Source: Bacteriovoracaceae bacterium
Lineage (GTDB): Bacteria; Bdellovibrionota; Bacteriovoracia; Bacteriovoracales; Bacteriovoracaceae
Length of the DNA: 64,000 nt
Direction of reading: 5' to 3'
Assembly (NCBI GenBank): GCA_048270185.1
Contig: JBLWTJ010000001.1
Coordinates: forward strand, 224,001 to 288,000
Shown here: positions 58,255 through 64,000 of the stretch, piece after piece
How the letters are laid out: each line of letters begins with the position of its first letter
Numbering within the stretch: the stretch's first letter is position 1
Position numbers and translations under genes: made by a program
The notes under the pieces: generated by a model
What the model was told of the DNA's origin: nothing
The model's input: only the letters and a program-made list of their open reading frames with translations
Databases searched by the model: none

Positions 58255-61113
58255 TTAACAAAAGTCTACTGATGCGTGATTATACTCATCTGGTGGTAGT
58301 TCACAATCATCTTCAGAGAAGTTATGATCTCCACCGTTATTAATTGGATCAAATTTTTCAATCGTTCCAGGAATCGCCTGGTCATCAATTAAATCGTGGT
58401 TACTATCAAATGCTTCTTTATATGTTTTGTATGCTTCTAGCATATATACATCTGGTGATTGAGTTTTTCTCTCTTTCAGATTAAACATTGAACTTGAAGC
58501 CTTTGCTAGGAAGTCAGTGAACTTATAAAGTGTCTTTCTTCCTCTAAACATCATCGTATACTGGTTTTCAGTCATTCCAAGACGATCTCTTAGGATTGAG
58601 TTGAATTGGAATCCTTCTCCAGTGAAGTACCAAGTTTCTTCAAGTCTTTCTTTACCTTCTTTTGGCTTACAGATCTTGAAACGAACTGGATTATTTTCTG
58701 CAACATAAACAGTTACTGTCTGTGGCCCACCGTATGGGTTATATGTTGGTCTCTTTTCTTTTCTCCACTTTGAAGTTCCTTCAATCATGAAACATTGTTG
58801 AGTGATTGCTTCAAAGTTTAGAGTAATGGCCTCGGCATATAAGTCAATTGATTGACCTGAATCACTTCTGTTGTTTTCTCCATTTGAACGGTCTAGTGAC
58901 CATGTCGTAGACCAGTCGTAAGAAGCCGATACGCCAACTCCGCCACCAACTGGTGAAGCTTCACCAAATGGGATTTTAAAGTCTAGCTTTGCTCCAACTC
59001 CTGTTTTGTAACCATGAGAGAATCCAACTCTTCTATTCTCTGTAAAGTAAGTCCCAGTACCTGTCGACTTATTGATTCTAATTGTATTCGAATGGGCAAC
59101 TTTTGGAGCACTCGTAATATCGATGATATGACTTACTGGAGTGATCATCATGAAATCCCATGGGCGCTCAGTACACTTTTCCATATTGTAATCAGTGTAA
59201 GTTGTTCCAATTTTATACCATGGTGCTTTTTCTTCACTAAAGAAAGCAGCACATAGTTTTGCAAGTGTCGCTGCACCGTAATTATCTTCATATATTCCAG
59301 CAAATTCTTTTGCAGTTAGTTTGTTCTCATCACTTAATCTAAAGTTAAGTGCTTTGTCATCGTAGTTAATTGTTTCATCAAATGACTCGTGCTTGCTAAG
59401 TTCTTGCTCAAAAAGTTGCTTTGAATTCTTCTTGTAGCGTGGAGCAAGTTTTGCATCGATGATATCTTTCTTAGAAACTCCTTTAATATCTGCTGACATT
59501 TTCTCAAGGTAGTTTTCTAGCTGAACCATCTCAGTCATTTTTTCGTTAATCTTTGAATTCGTGTAATCAGTTTCATCAAAGTGATCTGTTACCTTCAGTT
59601 GTGTGTGAAGAACAGAACGGAATGATTTAGATGAAGCATGGAATGTACCAGCTGCCCATGCAGGTAGTGGTGCAGTTCTTGGATCATCTCCTTCTCTAAT
59701 GATTGGTGAAAGCTTAATGGCCGCATAAGTTCTTGTGTGAACATATGGAATGTCAACAAACTTAATAGGCATATCAATTCTTGCTTTAAGTAGGTTATTT
59801 TCAACTTCAACTTCACGAGAAGCGACTGAGATTAGCTTAAACTTGTGCTTATTCTCATTTGTTAAATCAATATCACCTTCAAGTGGAGCTAGGAAGTAAA
59901 CTTCAAGTTTTAGTTTACCTTGATAGAAAGGCTCTACTGGGTTTGTAGTATGTACATAGTTACCATAGTTAACTTTTGGATACATTTTGATAATGAATGA
60001 TTTCTCAATAACTAGATCAAGATTCTTGTTGATGTGAAAACCTTTTCTATTATCGTGACCTAGGAAGTTATAATCAACTTCGTCAACAAATAGACGAGCT
60101 CTTTGCTTGTTGTTATCTTCTTCACATTGACCTGTTCTTGAAACTTCAGCGAAGATCCAACCGTTATTTGACCATGGGTAGAGACAAAGTCCTCTTGTTA
60201 CCTTTGCATTCTTTAGTGTTTCATTTTGTACTTCAATTTCAAGGTTAAATGGAATACGACGAGTATTCGTATATCTTTCGTGTTCAAGATAGAATTTAAT
60301 TTCTGCACAACCTGATTCATCAAGTTGACCGTCTGTTGAGTCATACATTTCAGTTACGGCGTGCTCTTCTCCATTTCTTTGTTTTTCAAGGTTAATAAGT
60401 CTTGCTTTAACGAATTCATTTGATAGTGAACGTCCATCTGCCTTAAGGTTTAGACAACCATTAACAACAACTTTCTGGTCAATTACTAAATTATCATTTC
60501 TTGGATCAACAAGACCGAAACCTTTTGGTGTGATTTTTACATTTTTAACGTTAATCATTTCTTCACTTGAAAGCTTCTGAGCATTCAGTGAATTCTTTAG
60601 GTGGTAGTTATTTCCGTGGATAATGCTGTTTGCATATTGGTTAACAGCAAGCTTTAGGTCGTAGCTAATGCTTGGATTTGTTGCTAGTGACACTTTTCTT
60701 TCAAATGGTAGATATGTATTTGGAAGTGAGTAATCCATTGGCATTTGCTCATCCCAGAATATACAGCTATTTGCGTCAGCTCTTTTTTCTACAGTTTCAA
60801 AATTTGCACCTGTAACAAAGAAGCTATTATATTGTAGGCTTTTTCCAATTTTAGAATTTAGACATGCTTTAACATGGAAAGTCTTCTGATAAGCAATACG
60901 TGATTTCATTGTTGGCTTATCTTCACTAACACCTTCAACACTGAAACGTGAAACGCTGATAAGACCGTTTTCATTAGCAGAAGCCTTAAGCTGTCTTGCT
61001 AACATTTGCTTCTCATCATTAGATGTATCACTTCCACAACCAACAAGTGCTGTTAGTGTCAGTAGAATGATACTTAGACGTGATAGGTTTTTAGTGTTCT
61101 TACAAAATGTCAT
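58255..61113 (-). CDS. Large lipoprotein with aerolysin/ETX-like beta-hairpin near the C-terminus
   Basis: Lipobox LVGC; beta-sandwich-like N-terminal regions; FSHGYKTGVGAKLDFKIPF..GVGVSASYDWSTT. Confidence 0.65.
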   Translation of the reverse strand: MTFCKNTKNLSRLSIILLTLTALVGCGSDTSNDEKQMLARQLKASANENGLISVSRFSVEGVSEDKPTMKSRIAYQKTFHVKACLNSKIGKSLQYNSFFVTGANFETVEKRADANSCIFWDEQMPMDYSLPNTYLPFERKVSLATNPSISYDLKLAVNQYANSIIHGNNYHLKNSLNAQKLSSEEMINVKNVKITPKGFGLVDPRNDNLVIDQKVVVNGCLNLKADGRSLSNEFVKARLINLEKQRNGEEHAVTEMYDSTDGQLDESGCAEIKFYLEHERYTNTRRIPFNLEIEVQNETLKNAKVTRGLCLYPWSNNGWIFAEVSRTGQCEEDNNKQRARLFVDEVDYNFLGHDNRKGFHINKNLDLVIEKSFIIKMYPKVNYGNYVHTTNPVEPFYQGKLKLEVYFLAPLEGDIDLTNENKHKFKLISVASREVEVENNLLKARIDMPIKFVDIPYVHTRTYAAIKLSPIIREGDDPRTAPLPAWAAGTFHASSKSFRSVLHTQLKVTDHFDETDYTNSKINEKMTEMVQLENYLEKMSADIKGVSKKDIIDAKLAPRYKKNSKQLFEQELSKHESFDETINYDDKALNFRLSDENKLTAKEFAGIYEDNYGAATLAKLCAAFFSEEKAPWYKIGTTYTDYNMEKCTERPWDFMMITPVSHIIDITSAPKVAHSNTIRINKSTGTGTYFTENRRVGFSHGYKTGVGAKLDFKIPFGEASPVGGGVGVSASYDWSTTWSLDRSNGENNRSDSGQSIDLYAEAITLNFEAITQQCFMIEGTSKWRKEKRPTYNPYGGPQTVTVYVAENNPVRFKICKPKEGKERLEETWYFTGEGFQFNSILRDRLGMTENQYTMMFRGRKTLYKFTDFLAKASSSMFNLKERKTQSPDVYMLEAYKTYKEAFDSNHDLIDDQAIPGTIEKFDPINNGGDHNFSEDDCELPPDEYNHASVDFC

Positions 61114-62284
61114 ATTCTTTCCTTAATGAGATGCTGTAAACTTGCTCATCGCTGTAACCATTGATTAGGTAAACTGAGTCTTCGTTTCCTATAACTGTGC
61201 GATTTGTATATTTAATATCTGCTGAAAATCCACCAAGGCCTGTCATCGCTAGACTTGCTTGGTAACCTTCGTAGTCATTTGATAAAGCATTAGCGCGATA
61301 GAATGCTGGTGCTGTATCCGCTTCGTTTCTAAAAGCAAGTGCTTCAAGAGAGATCTTTGATCCAGCAATTTTTGTTTCATAATTTGCACCATAAAGGTAT
61401 CCAGTATTCTTTCCTGTTGGTGCATCTTGGTTATTTACATATGAACCAAATACTTTCATCTTATCTTCACCGACTCTAAAGAGCACTCCAGCATTGGCGT
61501 ACATTCCTGTGTAGTCATAGTAGTAAAGACTTTGATCTGCTGCTGCACCTTTACTTACTGAGTTCCCCCAGTAGTAGTCGTTATCTGCTACATCGGCCGA
61601 AAGCTTAAAGTAACGATAGCTTCCAACTGCTGAGTATAATTTCATTCCACTTGTTAGGTATGTTAGATCGATACTTTCATTAAAGAAGCTTGGGCTTCCT
61701 GAATCATCGACATTAAAAGTTTCTTTTAAAATTCTGTTTTCTGGCCTTGCTTGTGTTGCTTGTAATCTTACATAAAGATTTCCAAATTTTTGGATAGCAA
61801 CTTCTCTAGCTCCAATAAATGAGTTTCCACCATTAATAAACGGTGAAATAAATTGTTGTGAGCTTGAATTATTTAAGGCACCAAAATTGATTTTTGCGAA
61901 ATTTAAAATCTTGTAGTTAAAGTAACCGTAATTATAAGTGAATTTTGGCTTAAACTCGGCCGCTCTTCCTTGCTCTTGTGTTGAAGAGTTACCTGACTGA
62001 TATTTGAATCCACCATCAAAGTCAAAGTCGAGTCCACTAGCAATGTTGGCCTCAAGATCGATATTGATATTAGTCTCAAAGCGAGAGAACTTATCAGTAT
62101 CAGAAGACATTGAGCTATACGAAGAGTCGATATTTAGATCGAGGTTCTTAATTCCAGCTTCTTTAAGGCCTTGGCGTACCACAGATGTCTGTGATGTAGA
62201 CGCTTTGCTTTGCCCAAGAACTGGAGTGGCCAGTAGTAAGCTCAGTAAAATTAAATGTTTAGTCGTTACTTTTTCGTTTTGCAT
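61100..62284 (-). CDS. Outer-membrane beta-barrel (porin-like) protein
   Basis: Start MQNEK at 62284 after AGGAAAG; signal peptide; many amphipathic aromatic strands; overlaps the next gene by 14 bp. Confidence 0.75.
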   Translation of the reverse strand: MQNEKVTTKHLILLSLLLATPVLGQSKASTSQTSVVRQGLKEAGIKNLDLNIDSSYSSMSSDTDKFSRFETNINIDLEANIASGLDFDFDGGFKYQSGNSSTQEQGRAAEFKPKFTYNYGYFNYKILNFAKINFGALNNSSSQQFISPFINGGNSFIGAREVAIQKFGNLYVRLQATQARPENRILKETFNVDDSGSPSFFNESIDLTYLTSGMKLYSAVGSYRYFKLSADVADNDYYWGNSVSKGAAADQSLYYYDYTGMYANAGVLFRVGEDKMKVFGSYVNNQDAPTGKNTGYLYGANYETKIAGSKISLEALAFRNEADTAPAFYRANALSNDYEGYQASLAMTGLGGFSADIKYTNRTVIGNEDSVYLINGYSDEQVYSISLRKEYDIL

Positions 62285-62316
62285 ATCTTTCCTATTTGGT
62301 ACGATGTTATTAGAGA

Positions 62317-62332
62317 TGCAGGAATGATGCCA
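62317..62332 (-). promoter_or_regulatory. Candidate sigma54 (-24/-12) promoter
   Basis: Minus strand TGGCATC-ATTC-CTGCA, GG-N10-GC, 32 nt upstream of the 62284 start. Confidence 0.65.
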
Positions 62333-62421
62333 GTTGTCATGGACAATGTTCACGGTGTCTAAATTTTAACCTACCGAAATAACGTTCATCATTGAATATT
62401 ATTGATGTTTAGAGAATACTC

Positions 62422-62442
62422 AGTGTTCATAATGTGAACACT
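62422..62442. promoter_or_regulatory. Perfect inverted repeat, candidate enhancer or operator
   Basis: AGTGTTCA-TAATG-TGAACACT. Confidence 0.55.
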
Positions 62443-62455
62443 AAATAAAAAAGGA

Positions 62456-63022
62456 ATGAATAAAATGTCGACATTAGAAAGTCTAAAGAAGCGAAATTCG
62501 CAGTGTGAATTATGTGAAGGAACTCAGAATCTTGAAGCATATCAAGTTGAGGCCGCAAGTGGACTTGATCTTGAAGGAAATATTCTTATCTGTAGTGATT
62601 GTAAGAGTGCAATGGAAGATATTCAATCTTCAGCGAATCACTGGCGCTGCTTAAATGGTGCTATATGGAGTGAATATGCGGCCGTTAAGGTAGCAGCATA
62701 TCGAATCCTATGGGAAATCAAAGACTTAGGTTGGCCATCTGAATTATTAGACCAGATTTATCTAGAAGATAGTGAGCTAGCTATTGCTAAATCAACAATT
62801 AACGAAAGTGGAGTTGTCTGTCGTGATTCAAACGGAACTGAACTTATGGCCGGTGATAGTGTGACAATTATCAAGGACCTTAATGTTAAAGGTGGTGGAT
62901 TTACGGCCAAGCGTGGAACAACAGTTAAGAATATCGTTCTTACAGATGATCCTAAGTTAATTGAAGGACGTGTAAACGGAACAAAAATTGTTCTTGTTAG
63001 TGCTTATTTAAAGAAGTTGTAA
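62456..63022 (+). CDS. PhnA/YjdM-domain zinc-ribbon protein
   Basis: CELC, CSDC, HWRCL, RDSNG..GDSVTIIKDLNVKG. Confidence 0.9.
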   Translation: MNKMSTLESLKKRNSQCELCEGTQNLEAYQVEAASGLDLEGNILICSDCKSAMEDIQSSANHWRCLNGAIWSEYAAVKVAAYRILWEIKDLGWPSELLDQIYLEDSELAIAKSTINESGVVCRDSNGTELMAGDSVTIIKDLNVKGGGFTAKRGTTVKNIVLTDDPKLIEGRVNGTKIVLVSAYLKKL

Positions 63023-63038
63023 TTGAAGTGGATGAAAA

Positions 63039-63115
63039 TGGTGCGAAAGGGCAGATTTGAACTGCCGACCTACGGGATATGAATCCGTCGCTCTAACCAA
63101 CTGAGCTACATTCGC
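63039..63115 (-). tRNA. tRNA-Met (CAT), probably elongator
   Basis: 77-nt cloverleaf GCGAATG-TA-GCTC..GAGC-G-ACGGA-TTCATAT-CCCGT-AGGTC-GGCAG-TTCAAAT-CTGCC-CTTTCGC-A-CCA; G1-C72 paired so not initiator. Confidence 0.93.
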
Positions 63116-63133
63116 ACATTCAGAATAGATAGG

Positions 63134-63162
63134 ATATTAATGACTTGCGGGTTGCTTGTCAA
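63134..63162 (-). promoter_or_regulatory. sigma70 promoter of the tRNA
   Basis: Minus strand TTGACA-N17-TAATAT. Confidence 0.75.
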
Positions 63163-63202
63163 TATCATATTTAACCAAAAATTAAATTTTTTAAAAAGTT
63201 TT

Positions 63203-64000
63203 ATGGTGAACACAGTTATTAAACAAAAAAAATATCACAAGGCCCTATGGAAGATGCAAAAGCATTTTGCTCTCTTTAATGAGGAAATGGGCCTTGATAT
63301 GAATTCTCCAATGGTTATAGCCATTAGTGGAGGAGTTGATTCTGTCGTTCTTCTTGATCTTCTTATCAGTATTGGTGTTAAGAATCTTCGCCTGCTTCAT
63401 ATTGACCATGGGACGCGTTCACAGATTACTGACGAAATTGCGATGCTACGTGATTTGGCCAACTCAAAAAATATTGAATTTCAAAGTATTAAAATTACTT
63501 TAAATGCTAATGCAAATTTTGAGGCCCAGGCCCGAAAGCTGCGTTATCAAGCTCTACTTGGAAACCTAAGAGAAGGAGAGTTGCTCTTAACAGGTCATCA
63601 TCTCGATGATTGTTTTGAATGGTCCCTTATGCAGCAACTTAAGTCTTCGGCAAAGTTGATTGATCTTGGGATCCCATATCGCAATGGGCGAATTTATAGA
63701 CCTTTATTTGCATTTTCTAAAAAACAAATCCTATCTTATGCGCAAATGAATGACCTTCACTGGTTTGAGGACCATACGAATCATAATTTAAAGTACGAGA
63801 GAAATTTTGTGAGAAATCTCGTTACACAAAAAATAGCAAAGAGATTTCCACAATATCTGAAGCACTACTGTGCAAGAATGAATAAACTTAAGAATTTAAA
63901 AGATATTAAAAATAATGTGGATCATAAAATCACAAAGCGCTCTTGGGGTATTGTCGTTAAACACAAAGGCCAGCTCACTCAAGCTATTGAAGAAGCAATA
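63203..64000 (+). CDS. tilS: tRNA(Ile)-lysidine synthetase, truncated by the window end
   Basis: Manual translation gives IAISGGVDS, HIDHG, EAQARKLRY, TGHHLDD, RPL, WFEDHTN, ERNFVR. Confidence 0.92.
   Translation, partial: MVNTVIKQKKYHKALWKMQKHFALFNEEMGLDMNSPMVIAISGGVDSVVLLDLLISIGVKNLRLLHIDHGTRSQITDEIAMLRDLANSKNIEFQSIKITLNANANFEAQARKLRYQALLGNLREGELLLTGHHLDDCFEWSLMQQLKSSAKLIDLGIPYRNGRIYRPLFAFSKKQILSYAQMNDLHWFEDHTNHNLKYERNFVRNLVTQKIAKRFPQYLKHYCARMNKLKNLKDIKNNVDHKITKRSWGIVVKHKGQLTQAIEEAI

Noticed and set aside
1339..62327. Many short (60-150 aa) ORFs nested in or antisense to long genes in the ORF track
   Set aside because: Shadow frames of well-supported genes, without SD or recognisable motifs
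62285..62353. N-terminal extension of the beta-barrel ORF from 62353
   Set aside because: Contains the sigma54-like promoter; SD and signal peptide fit ATG 62284
63023..63060. tRNA 3' end as an island attachment site
   Set aside because: No integrase and no second copy of the tRNA 3' end seen in the window
1..64000. CRISPR array, prophage, rRNA, defence island, intact transposase
   Set aside because: No spaced direct repeats or diagnostic genes found by eye

Overview
AT-rich (~35% GC by eye) bacterial chromosome segment. The gene mix (many orphan Cys-rich exported proteins, trypsin-like proteases, R-x-P-[AS]-S motifs, sigma28-type promoters) suggests a predatory Bdellovibrionota, probably Halobacteriovorax/Bacteriovoracaceae; this assignment is inference. 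The housekeeping backbone is murI, eno, lexA, menE-menH fusion, amidase, rlmK-like, prfC, fused gcvP, rsmJ, yaaA, pfkB kinase, asnS, tmk-holB-ricT, waaA, fadI-fadJ, lolC/E-like, tex, tRNA-Met and tilS, interleaved with exported hypothetical proteins. No CRISPR array, prophage, rRNA or intact transposase was seen. Best leads: (1) an unannotated ~180-nt transcription unit beside gcvP with a long closing stem and duplicated GU-rich loop motifs resembling the GcvB seed; (2) a sigma54-type operon encoding a beta-barrel plus a 952-aa lipoprotein with an aerolysin/epsilon-toxin-like hairpin; (3) a membrane-anchored 1029-aa protein with two tandem COOH-NH2 amidoligase-like domains; (4) a leaderless lexA whose promoter spacer is a TTACGCA direct repeat; (5) a solo IS3/IS2-like end exactly at the breakpoint of a truncated multiheme cytochrome gene; (6) strong GGCC over-representation. 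All family assignments come from motif recognition by eye, not from database searches.
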